A stretch of 64,000 bases of DNA from Parcubacteria group bacterium. GTDB lineage: Bacteria > Patescibacteriota > Minisyncoccia > Phycocordibacterales > Zambryskibacteraceae. This document shows, in pieces, positions 8,742 through 16,125 of the stretch. The translations under genes were made by a program, and so were the position numbers. Under the pieces are notes generated by a model that did not search any database, was not told the DNA's origin, and saw nothing but the letters and a program-made list of their open reading frames with translations. How positions within the stretch are numbered: position 1 is the stretch's first letter; each line of letters begins with the position of its first letter. The stretch covers positions 81,876-145,875 of the forward strand of contig JAQBRH010000002.1 of NCBI GenBank assembly GCA_028286565.1, in the 5' to 3' direction.

Positions 8742-9279
8742 ATGCGTCCCAAGGTTAAAAGTTTATCTTACAGTTATTTTACAGCTTACGACCCTTAGTC
8801 TTCTCTTCAGTCTCTCGTCTTCGGCTGCAGCAGTTCTCCCCGCGGTACTTCCTACCCAAACGGTAGGTCCCAAGGTCGAGACTGCACTTGAGATACAACA
8901 GCCCTCGACCAAAGGCATAGAAGCCAAAGACTACGCGCCGATCACTGATTCGAAAAACGTTAAACGTTTCGTCACTGATTACTTTGCAGATACTCCCATC
9001 CTCGCGCACATCGCCGCTTGTGAATCCCACAACCGACAGTATGCGAAGGACGGTTCCGTCCTCCGAGGAGAACAGAACTCGTTCGATGTCGGAGTGATGC
9101 AGATCAACGAGAACTACCACCTCGAGGATTCAAAGAAGCTCGGATACAACATCTATACTATCGAAGGTAACGTCGCCTACGCGAAGTACATCTACGACAA
9201 GTCAGGTGCCAAGCCTTGGATGTCCTCATCACCTTGTTGGGCAAAATACACAGAGAAGGAGATCGCTCGGAAATAATCT
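8742..9279 (+). CDS. Rpf-like / lysozyme-like transglycosylase, intact only with a +1 shift at the A4 run 8757-8760 (frameshifted or sequencing error)
   Basis: Frame 0 reads ATG MRPKVK. Frame +1 reads a signal peptide VYLTVILQLTTLSLLFSLSSSAAAV, then …AACESHNRQY…DVGVMQINENYH…GAKPWMSSSPCW, matching the Rpf CESGGN…GLxQ…AWPxC pattern. There is no in-frame start in the long frame until GTG 9094. Confidence 0.5.
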
Positions 9280-9285
9280 CATCAA

Positions 9286-9309
9286 AGCCCCGCCACAAGC
9301 GGGGTTTTT
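9286..9309 (+). terminator. Intrinsic terminator after the Rpf-like gene
   Basis: CCCCGC-cacaa-GCGGGG followed by TTTTT. Confidence 0.65.
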
Positions 9310-9316
9310 GATTGGA

Positions 9317-9345
9317 TTGACCAAAAACGGATTTCGGGTTATTAT
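9317..9345 (+). promoter_or_regulatory. Sigma70-type promoter TTGACC-17-TATTAT
   Basis: Consensus-like hexamers with 17-nt spacer; GAGG SD sits 5 nt before ATG 9391. Confidence 0.55.
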
Positions 9346-9390
9346 AGATCCAGAACGCAAAGCACCTTCAACCCTACTTCGTAAGAGGAA

Positions 9391-9891
9391 ATGACAGAAC
9401 CGTTTTTCCAACCCCGTACGGCAGTGTTCATCTCGACCCCCATGGTCCGCGGTCTTCTCGGGAAGCCGAGCGCCGTTATCGGCACTCAGATCTTGAAGGG
9501 GATGGTGGGCGATGTGGAGAACGGAAACGTGGCCTATGTCTCCGGTGGAGAGATCAATGGATCTCACACCCTGGCTGACATGGAGCGCATCCTCGGAGCC
9601 GACTTCGACTTCGACGACATGGATATGATCGTCGTCTACGTTCCCCGGGAGTTCGAGAAAGTTGTTTCTCAATTTGCCCGTGCTGGGATCCCGCCTGAGA
9701 AGATGTTGTACGCAGCATGCTGCAAGGTCGAGGAGGCTCAGGAGATCATCAATGCTATCCACCCCGGTGTCTCCATCGCCACGATGAAGTGCGGATCAGA
9801 TGAGGCCTTCGGCCGCATCATCAGCCGCTTTCTCCAAAGCGGTATCCCTCACGTCCATCACGCTTCTGTCCTTTCCTTGACGCTCACTTGA
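9391..9891 (+). CDS. Hypothetical 166-aa protein
   Basis: ORF with its own promoter and SD, followed by a strong terminator at 9899-9937. No recognisable motifs. Confidence 0.5.
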   Translation: MTEPFFQPRTAVFISTPMVRGLLGKPSAVIGTQILKGMVGDVENGNVAYVSGGEINGSHTLADMERILGADFDFDDMDMIVVYVPREFEKVVSQFARAGIPPEKMLYAACCKVEEAQEIINAIHPGVSIATMKCGSDEAFGRIISRFLQSGIPHVHHASVLSLTLT

Positions 9892-9898
9892 GCGCCGC

Positions 9899-9937
9899 CG
9901 CCCGAACGCACTCTGTGCGCGTCGGGCTTTTTTCTTA
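9899..9937 (+). terminator. Intrinsic terminator (CCCGAaCGCAC-tct-GTGCGcGTCGGG, then CTTTTTTCTT)
   Basis: 10-bp interrupted stem followed by a T-run. Confidence 0.7.
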
Positions 9938-9997
9938 TAAAAATACCCGATCTTTCGAAAGGATAGTTAGCAGCTTCATGCTGTGCTCCGGTTGCGG

Positions 9998-10489
9998 TCA
10001 GTCACGGCTGAACGGCTTTTTGCCAGACTCTCGATAGTATTCGTTGAGATACGCATCGTGGCACTTGTAACCGTACGGGCGTTCACGCAAGTTCTTGTGG
10101 CTGGTGACGAAGTCAAGCTCGACCAAATGCTTCACTAGCTCCCTTACCTCATCGGTATGCTTGTGAGGCAAGAGGACTGATACGAATTCAGCGTATCCGT
10201 TGGTATTGTGATCGAGCACGGTGTAGAGCTGGAATTGCGCCCCATTGAACAGTCGGTATGAATCTAGCTGAGCAATCTCTTCTGAAAGATCGCCGCTACC
10301 GCCACCGCTGCGATGCCACTCGGAGAAGACCTTGTGAAATTTCTTCTCCACGTAGGTGCGCACTTTTCCAATGATGCCCTTATCCGACTTTCCAGCACAT
10401 ACGTACAAAGCACTGGGCAGATCGGCCGGATCAGGCAATGCGGGGCCATCCACTTCCACTTCGGGGTTCGCACTGGTAGTGTTTGTCAT
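9998..10489 (-). CDS. Hypothetical protein of about 164 aa; start ambiguous
   Basis: The long ORF (MTNTTSANPEVEVDGP…) has no SD. A strong AAGGAG SD instead serves an out-of-frame 30-codon ORF (MADLNPSLECVYDKH…) that overlaps its start. Confidence 0.45.
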   Translation of the reverse strand: MTNTTSANPEVEVDGPALPDPADLPSALYVCAGKSDKGIIGKVRTYVEKKFHKVFSEWHRSGGGSGDLSEEIAQLDSYRLFNGAQFQLYTVLDHNTNGYAEFVSVLLPHKHTDEVRELVKHLVELDFVTSHKNLRERPYGYKCHDAYLNEYYRESGKKPFSRD

Positions 10490-10593
10490 ATACACACTCG
10501 AGTGAAGGGTTCAAATCTGCCATGACTTTACTCCTTTGACGCTTTTTGTAAAGCAATAGTCCAAAACGCTCACTATAAATAAAAATCCGCGCA

Positions 10594-11013
10594 TCAGTCA
10601 TATGATTGCGCGGCCGCCCACTTTGCGTGGTCTCGATAATACATCGACCGATGTCCGTCCTCAACTTTCATGCTGCTGTACGTCGAGTCCGAGGATTCGC
10701 TAAGGAGCTCGAAGGTCTTCCCGTCATCCGGGGTAAATCCCACTACTCGCTTAATGTGGAATCCCATCGGGAACGATGGTGCCGGGCGCCGAGGATTGTC
10801 ATTTCCGAAATGCCGAGACGAGGGCCGTATATCGTCGTCGAGAAGCTCCTTTCCCAGATTCATCTCCGTCGCGTGGGTCCTGGCTTCTTCCGGAGTGGGG
10901 AAGTAGCCATACAGATTCGTCCTTTGGTGCGCCTCATGTTGCGATCCTCCAGGATCGACCCAATAGTATGTAAGCTGGTGCATCGAAATCTTTTCGTGCG
11001 TCTTCTCGCCCAT
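10594..11013 (-). CDS. Hypothetical protein of about 139 aa
   Basis: ORF MGEKTHEKISMHQ…; the stop codon lies inside a terminator hairpin (CCGCGCA-N13-TGCGCGG plus U-run) at 10587-10613. Confidence 0.45.
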   Translation of the reverse strand: MGEKTHEKISMHQLTYYWVDPGGSQHEAHQRTNLYGYFPTPEEARTHATEMNLGKELLDDDIRPSSRHFGNDNPRRPAPSFPMGFHIKRVVGFTPDDGKTFELLSESSDSTYSSMKVEDGHRSMYYRDHAKWAAAQSYD

Positions 11014-11223
11014 GATCGTCACCGAAAGAGGGAATGTCTAAACCCATCCTACCCGAGCTTTTCCTTAAGGGGAAGTGGTTCCCCCAGGATAGAAGTACGT
11101 CGCACAATGTATCTTTAGAGCACTGTATAGGGAGACCACTTCCCTCTACACATAGATTTTTTTGAGCTCCGGACCGGTCTTGGTTGATCCCTCACTATCT
11201 TCTCCGCGTCTATAAAAACTTTC

Positions 11224-12480
11224 TCAACTCACTTCCCCCATGAACGGGATGTTGAATCTTTTTCTAAAATGCTTGAGTGCGTTCGGATTTCGATTTTGAC
11301 CACTTCCCCGGAGATTTTTAAATTTTCCCGATTGGAGACTTGATCCGAGGATTATGGTGTTCGAACCATACCTCCGGTCGACCTTGTCTGCGGCCTTAAA
11401 GACCTCTGACCACTTGTCAACCCGCGTAGAGGCTCCAAAGAGGTCGGTTTGGACGTGGGCATCGTCCACAAGGCCGGCCAGGGTCACTCCGGTCGCTCGA
11501 TATGGGATCCCGGACACGAACACCTCGTCAAAGGTGCGAATTATTTCTTTCAATATATCGTTCGGATTCGACAATGGATTCACGAGCACAATTTCTTTGC
11601 GCCGATATCTGAATTCCTGCGTTTTTATAAAATAATAAATTCTTTTTGCGCTGACATTTTGTGCGCGAGCTTTCTGGCACGCACCTTCGACGTTTTTCGA
11701 AAGTTCTTCGAGGAGGCGTTTCTTGTCTGTGATCGGCGGAGTGAACGTTCTCGTTTGCTGGATGCTCGATTGCGTCTCATTGTGCGCACCCGGATTGACC
11801 TTGTGCATCGCCTCGCCTCGGAGTTCGTGCCAGATCTCGAGGATCGGCCGGGCGAAGTTTGCTTTGATCCATTCTTCGGGTCGTTCGATGAATTGGAGGG
11901 CGGTCTCTATGCCTCTCGATCGGATATCTCGCGTTGTCTCGGGCCCGATGCCCCAGACCTTGCCTATGGGCAGGTCGCGCAAAAAGGCCTTGATATCCTG
12001 CGGCTCTATCACGGTCAGGCCGTCCGGTTTTTGCCACTTTGAGGCCACTTTCGCGAGTACCTTTGTAGGGCCTACACCGAAGGAAAAAGTCATCCCAAGC
12101 TCGGATTGCAAGGTAGCCTTCAGGGCCTCGACCTGGGGCAAAATAGGCCCTTCCAGGCCCGTTAGGTCAGCAAAGCACTCGTCTATGGAGTACTCCTCTA
12201 CCAGAGGGGTATAACGTCGCACAATATTGTACATCCTATGGGCGAATATCCCGTAGTTATGATAATCGGATCGGACGATGACGACCTCGGGGAAAGCTTT
12301 CTTGATCTGGAAAACCGGCATCCCGCGGGATACTCCCAAGGCCTTCGCTTCCTTGCTCATGGCCGTGGCTATCCCCCTCTCCTCCCCTGTCACCACGGGT
12401 CTGCCTTTGAGGGACGGGTCGAGGCTCGCTTCAACGGAGGCGAAAAAAGAATCTCCGTCAACGTGCAAAATATGCTTCAT
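11224..12480 (-). CDS. dinB: DNA polymerase IV (Y-family translesion polymerase)
   Basis: ILHVDGDSFFASVE matches the Y-family polymerase N-terminal catalytic motif (DinB ILHVDMDCFFAAVE); little-finger domain follows. Confidence 0.85.
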   Translation of the reverse strand: MKHILHVDGDSFFASVEASLDPSLKGRPVVTGEERGIATAMSKEAKALGVSRGMPVFQIKKAFPEVVIVRSDYHNYGIFAHRMYNIVRRYTPLVEEYSIDECFADLTGLEGPILPQVEALKATLQSELGMTFSFGVGPTKVLAKVASKWQKPDGLTVIEPQDIKAFLRDLPIGKVWGIGPETTRDIRSRGIETALQFIERPEEWIKANFARPILEIWHELRGEAMHKVNPGAHNETQSSIQQTRTFTPPITDKKRLLEELSKNVEGACQKARAQNVSAKRIYYFIKTQEFRYRRKEIVLVNPLSNPNDILKEIIRTFDEVFVSGIPYRATGVTLAGLVDDAHVQTDLFGASTRVDKWSEVFKAADKVDRRYGSNTIILGSSLQSGKFKNLRGSGQNRNPNALKHFRKRFNIPFMGEVS

Positions 12481-12536
12481 TCATAGAGTATATCACCAAG
12501 AGTGAACGCAGGTTCACCAAAAGAAAAAACGCTCCG

Positions 12537-12884
12537 TTAGGAGCGAGGATATATCTGATCGCGGATCTCTTCGAGGTCACGGATGACAACATCAAAGATC
12601 CTTTGGAAGCGCGGACACTTGAAGCCGCCCTTGTCTACCATCCCCATGAACATATCAAGAGGGCGAACATCAAAGAGCTTCCCAAGCTTGTATACCCGGG
12701 CTTCGATGTAAAGAGGTCGATAGATCACGTAGTAGATCGGTGCCTCTCCTTCTGCTGTTTCGGTGTACATCCCCACTCCCAGCACCTCATAGGCATAGTT
12801 GTTCACGGAGCCCTGAAGGTCATGCTTGTAGTGGTAGTAGAAGCCGGGCTCTGGCATCGGCGAGAGACTCATTTCATCTGGCAT
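12537..12884 (-). CDS. DUF1653 domain protein
   Basis: …GFYYHYKHD…YEVLGVGMYTETAEGE…IYYVIYRPLY…VRPLDMFM matches the DUF1653 pattern. Start set at the ATG (MPDEM…) to avoid the TTG start and overlap with the EVE gene. Confidence 0.6.
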   Translation of the reverse strand: MPDEMSLSPMPEPGFYYHYKHDLQGSVNNYAYEVLGVGMYTETAEGEAPIYYVIYRPLYIEARVYKLGKLFDVRPLDMFMGMVDKGGFKCPRFQRIFDVVIRDLEEIRDQIYPRS

Positions 12885-12894
12885 ACAGAAGGGG

Positions 12895-13311
12895 TTAGGG
12901 TCTGGAAACCACCATACCAAGCTTTCGTATGACTTCAAAATGCTCTTTCGATACGGGCTGAACGGAGAGACGACTCCCCTGCTGGGTGACCATCATGCCG
13001 TCGAGCTTCGGGTTTATTTTAATAACCGGAAGAGTCAGTGGATTTTCAAATTTCTCGACGAAGCCGACGTCGACGGCGGACCACAGCGGTTCTTTCTCCG
13101 CATACGGAGCCTTCACAACTTTGGCTACCCCGGCCGCGCTCGGAGGGTTCGCACTCGAATGATAATAGATAATGAGGTCTCCCACCTTCATCTCCCGGAT
13201 AAAATTCCTAGCCTGATAATTCCTCACGCCGGTCCAGGCGGTCTTCTTGTCCCTCTTAAGGTCGTCGATCGAATAGCAATCCGGTTCGGATTTGATCAGC
13301 CAGTATTTCAT
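12895..13311 (-). CDS. EVE (PUA-like) domain protein
   Basis: MKYWLIKSEPDCYSIDDL…WTGVRNYQARNFIREMKVGDLIIYYHS matches the EVE signature. A TACAAT box sits 6 nt upstream of the ATG. Confidence 0.8.
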   Translation of the reverse strand: MKYWLIKSEPDCYSIDDLKRDKKTAWTGVRNYQARNFIREMKVGDLIIYYHSSANPPSAAGVAKVVKAPYAEKEPLWSAVDVGFVEKFENPLTLPVIKINPKLDGMMVTQQGSRLSVQPVSKEHFEVIRKLGMVVSRP

Positions 13312-13377
13312 CCGCGTATTGTAGCAAACCCTTCAACTTTGTTCAGAGCAAATAAAAAGCCCTGGGGTGAGCCGGAG

Positions 13378-13662
13378 CTATTGAATGAGACAGAACTCGT
13401 CAAGATGAAGGATCTTGGTCACTCCGCCTCTCGAGGCATAGTAGAGGGTGTTTGTTTCGCTTACCCGAACCCTCTTGATGGTAGCCACTTTGCCTTTCCA
13501 ATCGCAGATACACCAGCGCGATGAAGGAATGTGACTGTGGCTCGAGCCGCATAAGAAAGTGACCAATACATCGAGGTTGATGATGTCCTTGGCCGACGGA
13601 TCCTGAGACGGAAATACTTCCTGCAACAAGCCGAACTCATGGAGCATATTCATGTTCGTCAT
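13378..13662 (-). CDS. Hypothetical 94-aa protein
   Basis: GGAGG SD 8 nt upstream. Contains DVLV…GSSHSHIP, which weakly recalls the C-terminal motif of YfcE-type metallophosphoesterases, but the N-terminal metal-binding motifs are absent. Confidence 0.4.
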   Translation of the reverse strand: MTNMNMLHEFGLLQEVFPSQDPSAKDIINLDVLVTFLCGSSHSHIPSSRWCICDWKGKVATIKRVRVSETNTLYYASRGGVTKILHLDEFCLIQ

Positions 13663-13730
13663 GGTATACCTCCGGTTCGGGGACGTTCTAAATCAAGCCT
13701 ACCACTCGAGCTTTAAAAAGCAACGTAGAT

Positions 13731-14360
13731 TTAATAGAAGAGAATGCGGTTCGAGATGTTCTGAAGGTCAGAGGCGCTGCCTTGGACAGAATAGATATAC
13801 GTGAAGTTCTCACCGAGGTAGTTGCCCTCGCCGAAGCTATTTGTCTGGCCGAGAGTTTCTTGGATGCGGATATTGTTCCACTGCTCTTTGGTGAAGACGT
13901 TCACCGTGAGTGTCTGTCCTCCGGGGCCTGCAAAATGGATGGAGGCCGTATCAGGAATTCCGGCGTAGACATCCGCGCCGACCGAAGGAACGTTGGACCA
14001 GCCGGCCGGAAGGGGTACGGTCAATCCGTATGCAGAATTATGATATGTGGATCCGCCCGGGAAAGGGCTTACTGCCCGATTCACGACTTTGGTGGTGGCC
14101 GGCTGGTAGACTTGCCGGGTTTCTCCGGTGGGCACTTCAACAGTGGTATACACAACACTCGGTTCGGCTGCAGGCTCGTTCGTTGAATATTGAGGCAGGC
14201 CAGAGATAATGTTCGCCGGTTGGGATCCTCCGGGGTAATCGGATCTATAGAGCGCTCCTCCGAGGATAACGAACAATACGAGGATGCCAAGGGCGATCCC
14301 GGCAGTCGAGGCGGACCCCTTTTCAAGGGTATGTGTCATGGTGTTTTTGGTGGTCTTCAT
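13731..14360 (-). CDS. Hypothetical membrane-anchored or secreted protein
   Basis: Start MKTTKNTMTH…; one N-terminal TM (GIALGILVLFVILGG); Pro/Gly/Thr-rich exported region. Confidence 0.55.
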   Translation of the reverse strand: MKTTKNTMTHTLEKGSASTAGIALGILVLFVILGGALYRSDYPGGSQPANIISGLPQYSTNEPAAEPSVVYTTVEVPTGETRQVYQPATTKVVNRAVSPFPGGSTYHNSAYGLTVPLPAGWSNVPSVGADVYAGIPDTASIHFAGPGGQTLTVNVFTKEQWNNIRIQETLGQTNSFGEGNYLGENFTYIYSVQGSASDLQNISNRILFY

Positions 14361-14534
14361 ATGTCTATAGACGTTCCTAATCAAGCAAACTTTCCCACCA
14401 TTTGTAGGTAAATTGCATAAACAGGTACGCGCTGCCGTAGATCGGCAGGAGGAGGAAGAACAGCACTTTCTTCAAAGGTTTCGGCATTAGGGCCGAATTC
14501 TACCTAAGGCAGCCCCTACAATCAAGGCGCAAAT

Positions 14535-14822
14535 CTAATAGGAAGGGGTGGAGGCGTTGTGCTGGCCCCACGAGATGAAAGCTTGGAAGGTGCTCCAGAC
14601 AAGCGAGAGGACGGGCCACAATATCCGCTCCCAGATGAAGATGACCGGCGCGGAGATGTAGTGCCAGACGGTGTAGATCACTTGGTGAGTATACGAAACC
14701 GTTTGCTGTCCTTGCGGAGAAGCGGCGGCATCAAACACGGACCAATTTAAAAAATATTTCAAAAGTGCGAGAGCGATGATGATCAAGATGATCATGCCGA
14801 TAAACCCTTCTTCTTTTTTCAT
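14535..14822 (-). CDS. Small membrane protein (two TM helices), co-operonic with the M23 peptidase
   Basis: 95-aa ORF 13 nt downstream of the peptidase gene; hydrophobic helices. Confidence 0.5.
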   Translation of the reverse strand: MKKEEGFIGMIILIIIALALLKYFLNWSVFDAAASPQGQQTVSYTHQVIYTVWHYISAPVIFIWERILWPVLSLVWSTFQAFISWGQHNASTPSY

Positions 14823-14834
14823 TCTTTAATCGTA

Positions 14835-16124
14835 TTAGAGTGCGGGTAGATACGCAAGAGGATCGAGGTAGCCGTTCGGAGGAGCGATGGGGATCGACGT
14901 GCCTTTGCAGCCGATCGAGGTCGTGTACACTTGGATCTTCACGGCTTGGGTCGCATAGAGTCCGAGGTGGAGGTGAGGGCCGGTCGAATATCCGGATCCG
15001 TTCACCCCGGGCTGTCCGCCCGAATATCCGATGACCTGTCCGCGGGCGATCGTCTGGCCTGTTTGAACGACCGAAGCGGAGAGATGCCCGTAGATGGTCG
15101 AAAGACCGTCGTCGTGTTCGATGAGGATCCAGCGTCCGTACGAATAGCATCCGGGAGCGCTGTCGGTGTTGCCTGTGCCCTTTACTACTCCTTGCCGGAC
15201 GGACATGACAGCCGTGCCGACCGGCATGCCGAAGTCGACTCCGTTGTGCGTGCCCGATGCGTAGAGGCGGCCGGATGAAGAAGTTTTCCCGAACTGCTGG
15301 GTGATCTTCACTTTCGAGATCGGCCAGGAGAGGATGGAATTCGCTGCGATGGGGATCGAGGCCGGATCAAGGGCCACCTTCAGTTGATTTTCATAGTTGA
15401 AGAGATCGGCTTCGAATTTTGCTTCTCGTACTTTGTTATCCGCGATGAGCTTTTGATAGGCGGCTTCTTTGGATTTGGTTTCCGCGAGGAGCTTATTCTT
15501 GGCCGCTTGGGTCTGCTCGACCACCTGCTTCTGTCCGCCGAGCTGGCTTTTCAGTCCGACCAGGTCTTCTTTGTTCTTTTCTTTGAGGGCTTTTTCCTGA
15601 TCGAGTGCCGCCTGAGCGTCCTTTAAGGCGTTAATTTCTCCCGAAAGCGTATTTTGGAGCTGTTCGAGCGAACCCTGATCGCTCCACACCTCAGAGATCA
15701 TCGGATACGTCAGGAGATCCGTGACGATGTTGTGCGCGTCGTACGCCGAGAGCTGCTTGAGGGCGGTCTTGATCGCTTCATGGTGAAGATCGATCTGGTG
15801 TTCCTTTTCCAGCATCGAATCCTCGAGCGACCGGATGTTAAGGTCGGTCGAGGTGATCTTGTTCTGTGTGAGCTTGATGTCCGTGGCGAGCTTTTTCTTG
15901 GTGGCGTCGAGTGACTTCACCGCCCCTTGGAGGGTTTTATCTTGGGAGTTCAATTTGTCGAGTTCGGCCTGGAGCTTTATTTGTTCGGCCTGGAGCGCCG
16001 TCCGCTGGGTTTGGGCGTCGAGGATCTTCTGGCGGAGTTCGTCTTCGACTGCGGCCTGGCCTGCATGAGGAAAGAGGAAGCCAAGGAGCACGAACATAAT
16101 TACTAGAACGGCGTATTTCTTCAT
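14835..16124 (-). CDS. M23 family metallopeptidase with N-terminal signal peptide and coiled-coil (EnvC/LytM-like murein hydrolase)
   Basis: HNGVDFG…YGHL…GYSTGPHLHLGLY are the M23 zinc-site motifs. Long Q/K/E-rich coiled coil. Confidence 0.85.
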   Translation of the reverse strand: MKKYAVLVIMFVLLGFLFPHAGQAAVEDELRQKILDAQTQRTALQAEQIKLQAELDKLNSQDKTLQGAVKSLDATKKKLATDIKLTQNKITSTDLNIRSLEDSMLEKEHQIDLHHEAIKTALKQLSAYDAHNIVTDLLTYPMISEVWSDQGSLEQLQNTLSGEINALKDAQAALDQEKALKEKNKEDLVGLKSQLGGQKQVVEQTQAAKNKLLAETKSKEAAYQKLIADNKVREAKFEADLFNYENQLKVALDPASIPIAANSILSWPISKVKITQQFGKTSSSGRLYASGTHNGVDFGMPVGTAVMSVRQGVVKGTGNTDSAPGCYSYGRWILIEHDDGLSTIYGHLSASVVQTGQTIARGQVIGYSGGQPGVNGSGYSTGPHLHLGLYATQAVKIQVYTTSIGCKGTSIPIAPPNGYLDPLAYLPAL

Positions 16125-16125
16125 A

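Noticed and set aside
8583-8798. 71-aa plus ORF (MKMPQPKLIKK…)
   Set aside because: Its first 160 nt lie in the structured leader. Its last 18 codons are the MRPKVK… start of the frameshifted Rpf-like gene, so it is better explained as leader plus frame-0 N-terminus than as an independent gene. ORF 8779..9120 (-) is antisense to the Rpf-like gene.
10498-10520. tRNA-like GGGTTCAAATCTGCC (T-arm-like) string
   Set aside because: No complementary T-stem, acceptor stem or D-arm can be formed. The segment is the coding sequence of the SD-driven small ORF MADLNPSLEC…
12940-13524. 194-aa plus ORF antisense to the EVE gene
   Set aside because: Overlaps a well-supported EVE-domain gene on the opposite strand; no start signals.
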